Positions 1-9,182 of a stretch of 64,000 nucleotides of DNA are shown piece by piece (within the stretch, counting starts at the first letter, position 1; each line of letters begins with the position of its first letter). A program made the translations under genes and the position numbers. Source of the stretch: a virus. The notes under the pieces are model-generated. The model did not search any database, was not told where the DNA came from, and worked only from the letters and a program-made list of their open reading frames with translations. The stretch lies in IMG/VR virus record IMGVR_UViG_3300028666_000002. One strand, 5' to 3'.

Positions 1-183
1 GTCCACGCCATGAATCTCGCGTGTGATTTTGATTGCAATGGCAGTCTTACTATTCAAGAAATTAAGGATAAATTAGAGCCCCTATTGGATCAATTGGAAA
101 TTCGTATGGAAAGGGGCACTACAACTTGGATACACATTGATCTTCATTCTGTCGGTCCTTCTGGCAGATATTTTACACCGTGA
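1..183 (+). CDS. Peptidase M15 family (Zn D-Ala-D-Ala peptidase/endolysin-like), 5'-truncated by window edge
   Basis: Frame 1 reads VHAMNLACDF...TTWIHID...TP* (not in ORF track); H-x3-LA-x-D and W-I-H-I-D match M15 zinc ligand motifs. Confidence 0.7.
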   Translation, partial: VHAMNLACDFDCNGSLTIQEIKDKLEPLLDQLEIRMERGTTTWIHIDLHSVGPSGRYFTP

Positions 184-186
184 ACC

Positions 187-420
187 ATGCAAAGCAATAC
201 CCTTACGGAAAAACCGAATAGGGCACATTTTACTAATCCGGGGGATTATTGCTTTGTTTCTGATGACACTATCGTGATGGCCTGCCCCTTCTGTGGCCAC
301 ATATCTCACCTAAAACATACTATTTTACAAAAATTCCCACTTACCTTAGCGCCATCAGTGGTTCAGGGTGGTTGTGGTGACCATTTCTTCGTTGGCAATG
401 GATTTGCTGTTAAAGTTTAA
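187..420 (+). CDS. Small Cys/His protein, DUF6527-like
   Basis: CPFCG...PLTLAPSV...GCGDHFFV pattern. Confidence 0.55.
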   Translation: MQSNTLTEKPNRAHFTNPGDYCFVSDDTIVMACPFCGHISHLKHTILQKFPLTLAPSVVQGGCGDHFFVGNGFAVKV

Positions 421-519
421 AATGCTGCGGGCCGGATCGAATAGTACCGACTCAACGACTCGCAAGCCGAGAGGCCATCGCTGTCAACATTACCGCAAAT
501 GATGCGATCCCTAGAGGAT

Positions 520-726
520 CTATTTTTCGAGAATAATTGTGGAAGGCTCTTTAGTGTCTATAGAAGCTAGTTTGGGTTGCTTCTGCAGACTTTCCGTTCG
601 GTAATTTACAGAGAATGATTGTTTCTTCCATTCAGGCCATGACTCAAATTCTTGCGAACTTGCACGAATATATTCCCAGTGCTTTTCTACTTCTTCCGGG
701 GTCATAAAGGGGGAATGCTTTTCCAT
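520..726 (-). CDS. Hypothetical protein
   Basis: ORF; likely start MEKHSPF at 726 after AAGGAG. Confidence 0.5.
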   Translation of the reverse strand: MEKHSPFMTPEEVEKHWEYIRASSQEFESWPEWKKQSFSVNYRTESLQKQPKLASIDTKEPSTIILEK

Positions 727-782
727 TTGAGGCTCCTTTTTATTTTTTCCCTGCAAGAAGATTCTTAACTATAATCTCTGTC

Positions 783-972
783 TCCAGATACGAGATCCGG
801 TTCATCGGAATACGCATCTGAGCATCAGATTTTGACCACTCTGCAACTTTGATGTTGGCCTCTCTCTGGTTCCCAACGGAGGGTCTACCTGAAACCCTTT
901 ATCCGCCACTGACAAGGATACCTTGCGAGTATCTCCCAGATGCGTTCAGGCTCCTACCGAGGCCTCGTAGGA
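783..972 (-). ncRNA. Putative structured RNA (multi-branch)
   Basis: GC-rich intergenic stretch; 11-bp stem 812-822/935-945 enclosing several hairpins, plus flanking hairpins. Confidence 0.35.
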
Positions 973-982
973 TAACTTCTAT

Positions 983-2461
983 TTATCCATTCTTAAGTCT
1001 AGCTCTGATCTGTTCAAATGTTTCTTCATTAAGTAGCATACCATCCTTAAAGATAGGTCGCAACATATCTACAGAAAGTTCAGAATCCAGACTATGGCCA
1101 TCGCTATAGGTGATCTTTCCACTAGTCCTGTAAACAAGAACTTTTCCCTTTTGTGACTTCTTGATGCCGTCATCAGTTTTGGGATTTTTGAAGATCTGTT
1201 TTTCTACCCCATCAACGACACAAGATGTTGATTTTAAAGCAAAACCAAACGTATCTCTGGTATTATACTGGTACGAAAAAGATCCAATTCCCAATACCAC
1301 ATTAATGGAAGCAAATCCTTTTTCGGCAAGACGGTTGATGATTTCCTCTGCACGTCGTAGCGTAATGGCATCACCGTAGATAAGGCCAATATGGGAATCG
1401 AGAAGTTTATAACCTTTCTCGGTAACGGTACCGCCAAAGATATCCCAGAGAGCTTCTACTGCACCCTTACGTTCGAGTTCAGTTTTTCCTTCTGGATCTC
1501 CGCAAACAACTAGGACCGGATCGCCAGAATCTGGACGAATAACAACCCTATCACCAAGAGGGCCACCATTGCGGGCCATGATTTTTTCCTTAAGGGCTGG
1601 AATAACTCGACCAATCACATCCCAGAAATCATAACCATCAGAGACGATGGAAACAAATCCACTATGGTGAACCTTTGAAAGCATATTGTCTAAATATGCC
1701 ATATCGTCACCGTAAACGCATTGAATACTATGTTCAGTTGCTGGGATTGAAGTGCCAACAAGTTCTTTTTCCACATTAGCACCATAGTAATACTCGGCTG
1801 CCAAAATAGCAGGGATAGTATCCGTGCCAGCAAAAGATAACAAATGACCAAGACCCGTATTAGTAGCCATTTCTAGGCCGCCCATTCCCCTCATGGAGAA
1901 ATCGTGCCCTTGAAATTGAACAAAATCAGTATTGCCAACTGTCCTCATTGCGGCATCATCAAGAAGTTTGCGATACTCATGTGCAATAGTAGCCGCTGTA
2001 TAAGCGGGCCATAGTTCACAAGACAGAAGGGTTTCAACATAGTTTGTGAGCCAGAAAAATCTGGGATCAGTATTTTGAATGGTTAAAGTAGGAACTCTCA
2101 AGGGAACAACAGTACCTTCTGCAACTCCTTTAATGAGCAACGGTAGATAGCCAAGATCGTGTAGCGCTTCAATGTGACTAACATCTGGATCAGCAACACC
2201 AAGGGTACACTTGACGATTCTAGCATATTCAGCAGCCACTTCTGCTTTTGGTCTAGAAAAGAAATTTTCTTGAAAGAAGTCATTTAGAAACTTGACCACT
2301 CTTTGATTTCCAAAAACAACTACCTCATTAACATCCTTCATTCTAGAAGCGCGGGGCGTCCACGTAGAATAAACGACTTCGGTCTTATTTGGATACATCA
2401 ATCTGTGCGAAAGTTTATAAAAATCACACAGTAGCATTGCTGACATTTTGAAAGTTTTCAT
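983..2461 (-). CDS. Nicotinamide phosphoribosyltransferase-like (Namat of NARP1)
   Basis: DFYKLSH, HDFSMRG, IPATEHS, SIVSDGYD, VIRPDSGDP, IYGDAIT, KKSQKG are NAMPT family motifs. Confidence 0.92.
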   Translation of the reverse strand: MKTFKMSAMLLCDFYKLSHRLMYPNKTEVVYSTWTPRASRMKDVNEVVVFGNQRVVKFLNDFFQENFFSRPKAEVAAEYARIVKCTLGVADPDVSHIEALHDLGYLPLLIKGVAEGTVVPLRVPTLTIQNTDPRFFWLTNYVETLLSCELWPAYTAATIAHEYRKLLDDAAMRTVGNTDFVQFQGHDFSMRGMGGLEMATNTGLGHLLSFAGTDTIPAILAAEYYYGANVEKELVGTSIPATEHSIQCVYGDDMAYLDNMLSKVHHSGFVSIVSDGYDFWDVIGRVIPALKEKIMARNGGPLGDRVVIRPDSGDPVLVVCGDPEGKTELERKGAVEALWDIFGGTVTEKGYKLLDSHIGLIYGDAITLRRAEEIINRLAEKGFASINVVLGIGSFSYQYNTRDTFGFALKSTSCVVDGVEKQIFKNPKTDDGIKKSQKGKVLVYRTSGKITYSDGHSLDSELSVDMLRPIFKDGMLLNEETFEQIRARLKNG

Positions 2462-2488
2462 ATTATAATCTCCTATATATGAAATAGT

Positions 2489-3262
2489 TTACTCACTCTT
2501 TTCTCCATCCTGAGTGAATATACGGTTGATCCCTGAATCTTTGAGAGTTTTCAAACCTTTTGAAAATATCCCATGAGTGACAAAGAGATTTACCTCTTTA
2601 GCACCTGCAGCCAAGAGATCTTTGGCTAACAATTTGAAAGTCATTCCACCATCGCATATATCATCGATAATCATAATACTTTTTCCAACAATATTGCCAA
2701 GATTACCTAAATCATTGATCAATTTATAACTAGTGATATTGCCGGTAAGTTGATCGCGGACTTTTTCTCCATGAATATGTGGTTGAGAAAATTGATACAT
2801 TGGGACGTATTTACAGTAGGCTCCGTCGTCTGGATAACAAACTACATCTGTTTTACAAGTAAACATAACAGAATTGATATAGTCTTGAGGATACCATTCT
2901 TCGCAATTGTGTATTAATGTAGACGCAACTGGACTATGCGGATCGACGATTGTAACTTTTTGAAAATTTAAAGAATTAAGTAATTTTGCAAAGGTAGTTA
3001 AGGCAAAAGTGGTATCATTTGATACTTCCTTATCTTGCCTACCGTATGGCAAATAATGCATTGTTAATTTGGAATACAATACGTTATAATAATCTAGAAG
3101 AGTCTTTAACTGAGCCAAATGAAGAAATTCGCCCTCGTTTTCGAAGATCCACACTACTTTAGCAACAACATAGCCGGTTGGGATATTTTTTACTTTCCAA
3201 ATTTGAGAGGTCTTGTCGGGAAAAATGGTAGGAACAATTTTTTCATCATTAAGATAAATCAT
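2489..3262 (-). CDS. Ribose-phosphate pyrophosphokinase-like (Adps of NARP1)
   Basis: YLPYGRQDK, DPHS, PDDGA, IIDDICDGGMTF, VTHGIFSKG motifs; directly upstream of NAMPT-like gene. Confidence 0.9.
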   Translation of the reverse strand: MIYLNDEKIVPTIFPDKTSQIWKVKNIPTGYVVAKVVWIFENEGEFLHLAQLKTLLDYYNVLYSKLTMHYLPYGRQDKEVSNDTTFALTTFAKLLNSLNFQKVTIVDPHSPVASTLIHNCEEWYPQDYINSVMFTCKTDVVCYPDDGAYCKYVPMYQFSQPHIHGEKVRDQLTGNITSYKLINDLGNLGNIVGKSIMIIDDICDGGMTFKLLAKDLLAAGAKEVNLFVTHGIFSKGLKTLKDSGINRIFTQDGEKSE

Positions 3263-3369
3263 ATAGGCTCCTTATCTTAGGTCTACGAAGCATCCACATC
3301 AATCTAGGATAACTTAGCAAACCTGCCTTACACTTAAGATTATATCACAGTCCAAATTTAAAGCTATAG

Positions 3370-3403
3370 AAAAAACAAAAACCGCCTTTTTTAAGGGCGG
3401 TTT
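3370..3403 (-). terminator. Intrinsic terminator after protease gene
   Basis: AAACCGCC/GGCGGTTT stem followed by U-tract on minus strand. Confidence 0.7.
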
Positions 3404-3433
3404 AAGATCTCTACTTACCATGGGTAAGAAAGG

Positions 3434-5680
3434 CTATTTTGTACGAGCGTTGATGTGTTCGTGGATCGACTCTCTGCTTCCACCAGTATGGGCGGGCAAA
3501 TTAACCTTATAATTCTGACCTTTAGGCGTTTTAACAGCCCAGGTATGGAAATTGTGGTCTTTAGTAGGAGGCGAAAGCTTACGATAAGTATGGCCTTTAT
3601 GTTCTCCTAATGAGGGGTGTCCCTTAGGAAGACCATGAATATACTCGGTGCCAGGTTCAGTGGGATGATATCCGCTTTGTTTAGCATGAGAAGGATCTGG
3701 TTCATAGCTCTTCTTCATATTTTCAGATTTAGGAAGATTTGGAGAGGGCATTTGTTTCAATTCATGAAGAGCTTCTTTGTGTTTAACTCTAGCCATATGA
3801 ACGTCGGCGCCTCTATAATCTGCACCTGCAGCAGAAACTCCACCTACTCTTTTTATGCCCTTTTTTCCATAAGCAATTGCTTGATCGGCTTGTGAATGTA
3901 CGCCTATTTCATGTCCGGTTTCTGCTTTTCCAAAATAACTTGCATACATCTTAGACAGTTTGCCTTCAGCCTGAACAGTCTTTTTTAATGCCAACACTCT
4001 ACCGATAGAGTCGATTTCTCCTTCGGCCAAATGAGGCATTCTTTTCTTCATATAGTCCTTAAACTGATTCTTTTTATCCCAAGTACTATAAGCTTGATCT
4101 GCACGCTCATACCAATGCGATTTTTCTTTCTTTTTCAAAGATCCACCAAATCCAAGTGCATTGTTGAATCCTGCCTGCACTCCTTCTGCGGTTACCGGTG
4201 CAGGTGAAGGCGAAGGCGTTGGAGCCGTAGGCGCCGTATCTTTCTTTAATTCTTCTTTTTTAATCATAGCATTCATCTTAGGACGTTTTTCAAGACTTTC
4301 TTTCCCCAATGCGGCGCCGCCTACCAATTGAGAAGGTGTAGCCATTGCAGATCCAGCGGTAAGAGCTTTTTTAAGATCTTCAGATTTTCTATTGTCAGAG
4401 AATTTTTTACCTTCAATTGTTTGTTTATGACTCGGATGTATTTTCAAACCAGTCTTCTCCTCTGCGTGATTATACATAGCAGAAGCAATTCCCTTCCTGC
4501 GATGCCTATGATCGACAAAGGTTTGTACGGGGTGCAAGCGTCCACCGGATGCCTTGGAATGATGCTCACTAAGTTCGGTCTCTCCAATATGATTACCTTT
4601 ATTATCAAATGCTTGAACTAAGTGTTGGCCGCCAGTATTAAAATTTCCCTTGGCATAACGTAAGGTATATCCTTCTTTTTTCCAATCTCCATTCTCACCT
4701 TTTGCTAATTTTTTTCTTGGATTCATTGCATTGATTTGTTTTGATTGTTCATGCAGATCTTTATATCGTGCCCAATGATCTGCCATCTCTGGAGCATCGC
4801 TTTTTCCGCCTGCTTTTATATGATCGTTGATTTTTCTAGACACTGCAGCCTTTCTGGCTCCTACTCTAGTTGCAGCCCCTCTCCATCGTTTATATTCGTC
4901 ATCTTCGCCCTTATCCATTTCTTCTGACATGGCTAGTTGGCTTCCAATGAATGCTCCACCGCCAGAGGCGCCTCCACCCTGACCGCCACCCGTGCTGGGT
5001 TCGTAGCCTGCACCAACATCCATTGCGGTACCTTTTACAACTTCATTGGTTTCATTTTGAGAAGTAGGTATTCTTTCGCTTTCTTTTTTCTGAAGAATTT
5101 CTTCATAAGTAGACTCAAACTTAAACAATTCCATTTCGCCTTTGAAAAGAGAGCCAAGTAGATTGTCTTTATTTGTCGATTCCTTAGGTGACGGCATTAG
5201 TTCAGCAACGCAAGTCTTATTGCAAGGTAAATTTGTGATCGTCACTTTACGAGCAATAGAACGAGTAATAGTCATTCCCTCTTTTGCTCCGGGGATTTTT
5301 GCCCCTTCTACTGAAAAACCCACGACAGGTGGTTCGTTGGGATGTTCAGCGTCGTCTTTAAACAAAGAGGCAACTTCCAAAGCAGATGGTTTTGGGTTCT
5401 TTGGATCATCAAAAAGACGACCCATTATATAAAGGAATGGAATCTTGTACTTATTCCAAAAATATGACTGCCTATCATCTTGACAGTCTTCCTTAGAGAA
5501 AATCTTGTGGGCTTTCAATATCTTACCACAAATCTGGGAAGGACTGTCGCTTTTGTGTTCCCAATTCAGAACCGCACCAATAAGAGAGGAGGTGTCTAGT
5601 CCTTTTAGATCCACTATTTCGCCGCTTGAATCTATCGCCTGAGAAGAGGCTATTCCATCAATATAAGAACACTTATTCAT
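3434..5680 (-). CDS. Prohead maturation protease with long C-terminal extension containing a GNAT domain
   Basis: N-term GIASSQAIDSSGEIV, LNWEH, GFSVEG, VTITNLPCNKT resemble HK97/Herelle-type protease; VDHRHRRKGIASAMY is an acetyl-CoA motif A. Confidence 0.8.
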   Translation of the reverse strand: MNKCSYIDGIASSQAIDSSGEIVDLKGLDTSSLIGAVLNWEHKSDSPSQICGKILKAHKIFSKEDCQDDRQSYFWNKYKIPFLYIMGRLFDDPKNPKPSALEVASLFKDDAEHPNEPPVVGFSVEGAKIPGAKEGMTITRSIARKVTITNLPCNKTCVAELMPSPKESTNKDNLLGSLFKGEMELFKFESTYEEILQKKESERIPTSQNETNEVVKGTAMDVGAGYEPSTGGGQGGGASGGGAFIGSQLAMSEEMDKGEDDEYKRWRGAATRVGARKAAVSRKINDHIKAGGKSDAPEMADHWARYKDLHEQSKQINAMNPRKKLAKGENGDWKKEGYTLRYAKGNFNTGGQHLVQAFDNKGNHIGETELSEHHSKASGGRLHPVQTFVDHRHRRKGIASAMYNHAEEKTGLKIHPSHKQTIEGKKFSDNRKSEDLKKALTAGSAMATPSQLVGGAALGKESLEKRPKMNAMIKKEELKKDTAPTAPTPSPSPAPVTAEGVQAGFNNALGFGGSLKKKEKSHWYERADQAYSTWDKKNQFKDYMKKRMPHLAEGEIDSIGRVLALKKTVQAEGKLSKMYASYFGKAETGHEIGVHSQADQAIAYGKKGIKRVGGVSAAGADYRGADVHMARVKHKEALHELKQMPSPNLPKSENMKKSYEPDPSHAKQSGYHPTEPGTEYIHGLPKGHPSLGEHKGHTYRKLSPPTKDHNFHTWAVKTPKGQNYKVNLPAHTGGSRESIHEHINARTK

Positions 5681-5686
5681 AAATAT

Positions 5687-5692
5687 AAGATT
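5687..5692 (-). promoter_or_regulatory. AATCTT putative late promoter, 6 nt upstream of protease ATG
   Basis: GGCAATCTTATATTTATG; motif recurs upstream of >12 late genes. Confidence 0.65.
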
Positions 5693-5887
5693 GCCGTATG
5701 TTTTTGAGATACTTCATAGCTATTTTATATCATGTAGTTATAGTAAAAGTGCGGTATTTTGATTATAAGTTATTGAAATTATATATTTTTTTTATCCGCA
5801 GCAATAGTTTAAGTATATCAAAGAGTTGTCATTTCTATCGAAATAGAAATGGAAAATGTGTCTAGACACAACTAAAGGAGATTTAAA

Positions 5888-6592
5888 ATGTACTCAAATG
5901 CAAAAGCTATAGCGCTCATGAGAGACCTCACAAACAAGCTTCAGATCCGTTTCGGTCAGAGCGGAACCCCAGCCTCTATGAATTCTTTTACTCAGGGCTT
6001 TTCGGCTCCTGACGCTGCGGGCGGAACGTGGCCTTATGTCCTGTTTTATAATGCGGCTGCAGGTGCCGGTACGGGCAATCCCGTTATCTTTATCGAAATC
6101 GCGGGCATTGATGCTGTTTCTAAAGATATCTTCGGAAATGACACGGATTCTTATGCTCCCCATAAGCTCCTTTTAGGATATGAGCAGGGCGCAGCGCAGA
6201 CTTATTCGTACACCGTAACTTCAGCCAATGCTACTGCAGGGGCTGTTTATACTAACAACGGTAATTCTTTTATCGTTAACTCTACGATTGCTGGCGGTAC
6301 GACGTTGACTTCTACTGGAACTCTTGCTCCTACGGCTTCGGGCACTTTGACGAAGGCTAGTGGCACTGGCGATGCAACGATTACATTCTCTGCATTCGGC
6401 ACGCCCGGCAATCCATCGACGTGGGTTTCTCCGGCTGACCTTCTTGCGGTTGAATTCGAAGCCATTAAAACTGGCGTTGCTCTTACTCTCGTTGAAGTTG
6501 CCAATGGTGCTGGAGTCACTGCGGCTACTGTTAGTGCAGCTACACCGGTTGCCACGATTGATGATCTATACTGGCCCACGAAGTTGGTTTAA
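5888..6592 (+). CDS. Putative head decoration/virion protein
   Basis: AAGGAG RBS; Thr/Gly/Ala-rich; first gene of capsid operon. Confidence 0.55.
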   Translation: MYSNAKAIALMRDLTNKLQIRFGQSGTPASMNSFTQGFSAPDAAGGTWPYVLFYNAAAGAGTGNPVIFIEIAGIDAVSKDIFGNDTDSYAPHKLLLGYEQGAAQTYSYTVTSANATAGAVYTNNGNSFIVNSTIAGGTTLTSTGTLAPTASGTLTKASGTGDATITFSAFGTPGNPSTWVSPADLLAVEFEAIKTGVALTLVEVANGAGVTAATVSAATPVATIDDLYWPTKLV

Positions 6593-6616
6593 TTGGTTGG
6601 ACTGGAGGGTTATACC

Positions 6617-7657
6617 ATGCAGTACACCGAAACACAGCTTTCAAAGCTTATACAGGACGTAGAACTAGAGTTCACGGCTCATTTGGCTAAGGCCGAAGAG
6701 GTCGGTAATACTCTTGCTAAGTCTGAAGATGGCGAACAGAAGCCTGAGAAAAAGCCGGAAGACGGCGAAAAGAAGCCGCCTTTCGAAGCTAAGCCCGAAG
6801 CTAAGCCCGAAGGTGAACAAAAGCCCGAAGGTGAAGAGAAACCTGAACAGGAAGCGGCGCCGGAAGGCGAAGCACATCCTGAGCAGGCTCCAAGCGAAGG
6901 CCATGATTATGATGAAGAGGACATGCAGCATATGCATAAAATGTATATGTCCATGTCAAAAGGCGAGCTAAAAGCACACCATGACGCGATTATGAAATGC
7001 GTTAGCGGTGGCGGAATGATGGGCAAGTCTGAAGAGGGTGGCGGAATTGGTAATACCAAATCTGAAAATCCTCCGCAGCCAAAAGTGAAGGGCGAGAACC
7101 TAGATTCTGATCCTAAAAATGGTGGAATTGATGCGGGTGCTCCTCACAATGCTCTTGGTCCGAAATCGCCAGCCAGCGATGCTAACGGCGCAAAGATTAA
7201 CAAATCTGAAGCTGCTAGACGAAATGGTGGAAAGATTGAAGAACAAGCGCCTCACAATTCGCCAGGTGCAAAATCACCGGCTAGCAAGGCAGATGGAGTT
7301 CAAATGCAAAAGTCAGAAAACACCGAAGTTGAGTTGCTTAAATCGGAACTTGGCTCGGCGAACACAAAATACGAAGAACTTAAGAAAAACTTTGATGGAG
7401 TTGCGGCTTTTTTGACCAAGCTGCTTGAGAAGAAAGCTGCTCCTGCAGGCAAGGCTATCACGTCCATGGATGTTATCGCGAAGAGCGAAGGCGCCGGGGA
7501 AGATAGTGAAAAGACACTTACGAAGGCTGATATTCATACCATTCTTTGTAAGAAAGCATCTGAACCTTCGTTACAGAAATCAGATAGAGACGCAATCAAC
7601 GTTTACTACGAACAAGGACAAGTAAACGTAACAGGAATTAGCCATTTGCTTAAATAG
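6617..7657 (+). CDS. Capsid scaffolding/core protein
   Basis: Acidic low-complexity protein directly before MCP, coiled coil, ~11 xK[S/A/G] motifs; ATG 6617 after GGAGG. Confidence 0.75.
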   Translation: MQYTETQLSKLIQDVELEFTAHLAKAEEVGNTLAKSEDGEQKPEKKPEDGEKKPPFEAKPEAKPEGEQKPEGEEKPEQEAAPEGEAHPEQAPSEGHDYDEEDMQHMHKMYMSMSKGELKAHHDAIMKCVSGGGMMGKSEEGGGIGNTKSENPPQPKVKGENLDSDPKNGGIDAGAPHNALGPKSPASDANGAKINKSEAARRNGGKIEEQAPHNSPGAKSPASKADGVQMQKSENTEVELLKSELGSANTKYEELKKNFDGVAAFLTKLLEKKAAPAGKAITSMDVIAKSEGAGEDSEKTLTKADIHTILCKKASEPSLQKSDRDAINVYYEQGQVNVTGISHLLK

Positions 7658-7683
7658 CAGTGGATTTTAATAAGGAGAATACA

Positions 7684-9081
7684 ATGATTGAACAACTTCA
7701 GTCACTTATGAAGGCGCTTGAAGCAGGAAGTTACAATGCTGCTCCAGGACAATTGGCTCAGGGAGCCGCTTTGATGGTCGAGGATCTCTCGCCCGTTATG
7801 CACAATGTAACGTTTGATGACAGTCATATTAAACTGCAAAAGATGCTTCCTTCGAAGGATGTGAAGTCTCAATTGCATCAGTTTAATCGTCAGTTGGATT
7901 ATGGTATCTTTGGTGGTTCGGCCCAGTTTGAAGGCGGAATCGGCGAAGAAGACACGTCTAACTATGTCCGTGCAGTGGTGCCGATGGCATACTACAGCAC
8001 GACTCGTAGAGTCACGGTTGCTGCTAACTACATCGGCGCGTTCGATGGCGTGAAGGCAGAAGATCGTGCGGCTGCGGACGCTGCGATGAAGCTCGCTGGC
8101 GATATCGAGTTCGACTCTTTCCGTGGACAGAGCGATTTCTCGAACGCGGGCGTGTTTGATGGTAACCCCCTTGCGGTTGCTAAGGTTCCGAATATGATTG
8201 GACTTGATCAACAGGTTCGTCAGTCGGACAGTCAGCAAAATACTCAGGATCTTATGTTTGCTGAATATGGTTCGGATCAGACGGTTGTACTGTCGGTCGG
8301 CGGAACTCTTACTCAGTCAGTGATCGAAGATAGTTCGGTTCGTTCGGCCATGAACATGGGCGCTGCGGACAGACTGGTTCTTGATCCGATCAGCTTGAGC
8401 GCGTATAACAAGATCGCGCACGCGAAAGAACGTATCATGCTTGCTGGCTCTGCTCAGGAAGCGACTGGTGCTCATTTGCGTACTCAGTGGACCTCTAGTG
8501 CGGTTGTCTCGCTCGAAGCTTCGCGCTTCCTGTCTGGCAAAACGCGCCCGGCGCGTCCGCGAAGTGGTAGCCCGGCGGCTCCGACGTTCACCATCGCTGA
8601 TGGTGGCCCGGCGGGTTCGTTGCTCCAAACCGGTAGCTATGCATATTATGTCACTGCGGTGACGATGCGTGGTGAGTCTCTCCCGTCTGCGGCGCAGACT
8701 CAGGCTGTTACGGCTGGCGATAAGGTCACTCTGACCATCACCGGTACGGGACAGTACTACTGCGTGTATCGCTCGGATCTCGGTGGAACGGCAGCGGTTG
8801 CCAAGTTCATCGGTAAGGTCGCGGCGAATGGCGCTGGATCGGGTGCGACGTTCACGGATCTCGGAAATCGTCAACCTGGCTCGGTCACGGGCTTCTTGGT
8901 TCAGGCGAATACGATGGGATTCGGACAGTTGGCTCCTTACAGCAAGCTGAAACTTGCGGTTAGCGATCTGTCACTTCCGGAGGCTCATTTCCGCTTCTTG
9001 TCCTTGGCTGCATACCAACCGAGGAAGAACGTGATCCTTGAGAATATCACGGGTCAGTTGGCTCCGAATAATCCTACGTAA
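7684..9081 (+). CDS. Major capsid protein (Herelleviridae/SPO1-like, with Fn3-like insertion)
   Basis: KALEAG...GAALMVEDL N-arm, YAYYVTAV..GES insertion, PRKNVILENI C-term; ATG 7684 after AAGGAG; terminator follows. Confidence 0.9.
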   Translation: MIEQLQSLMKALEAGSYNAAPGQLAQGAALMVEDLSPVMHNVTFDDSHIKLQKMLPSKDVKSQLHQFNRQLDYGIFGGSAQFEGGIGEEDTSNYVRAVVPMAYYSTTRRVTVAANYIGAFDGVKAEDRAAADAAMKLAGDIEFDSFRGQSDFSNAGVFDGNPLAVAKVPNMIGLDQQVRQSDSQQNTQDLMFAEYGSDQTVVLSVGGTLTQSVIEDSSVRSAMNMGAADRLVLDPISLSAYNKIAHAKERIMLAGSAQEATGAHLRTQWTSSAVVSLEASRFLSGKTRPARPRSGSPAAPTFTIADGGPAGSLLQTGSYAYYVTAVTMRGESLPSAAQTQAVTAGDKVTLTITGTGQYYCVYRSDLGGTAAVAKFIGKVAANGAGSGATFTDLGNRQPGSVTGFLVQANTMGFGQLAPYSKLKLAVSDLSLPEAHFRFLSLAAYQPRKNVILENITGQLAPNNPT

Positions 9082-9104
9082 TTAACTAGTTAGGATGTCC
9101 TTTT

Positions 9105-9143
9105 AAAAGGGTCGGTATCGTAAGATACCGGCCTTTTTTATTT
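9105..9143 (+). terminator. Intrinsic terminator after MCP
   Basis: GGGTCGGTATC-GTAA-GATACCGGCC followed by TTTTTT. Confidence 0.85.
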
Positions 9144-9182
9144 CCCTTGCATTTTTTCTAATAGTAGTGTAATCTTATATTT

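Noticed and set aside
783-812. Hammerhead ribozyme (CCGATGA + stem)
   Set aside because: Core should be CUGANGA with GAAA after stem II; neither matches
849-1109. 86-aa plus-strand ORF
   Set aside because: TTG start, no RBS, antisense overlap with NAMPT; region better explained as structured RNA
7702-8874. Long antisense ORFs over MCP (also over sheath, 27031-27549 and the collagen gene)
   Set aside because: Shadow ORFs caused by codon bias or low complexity; no RBS or motifs
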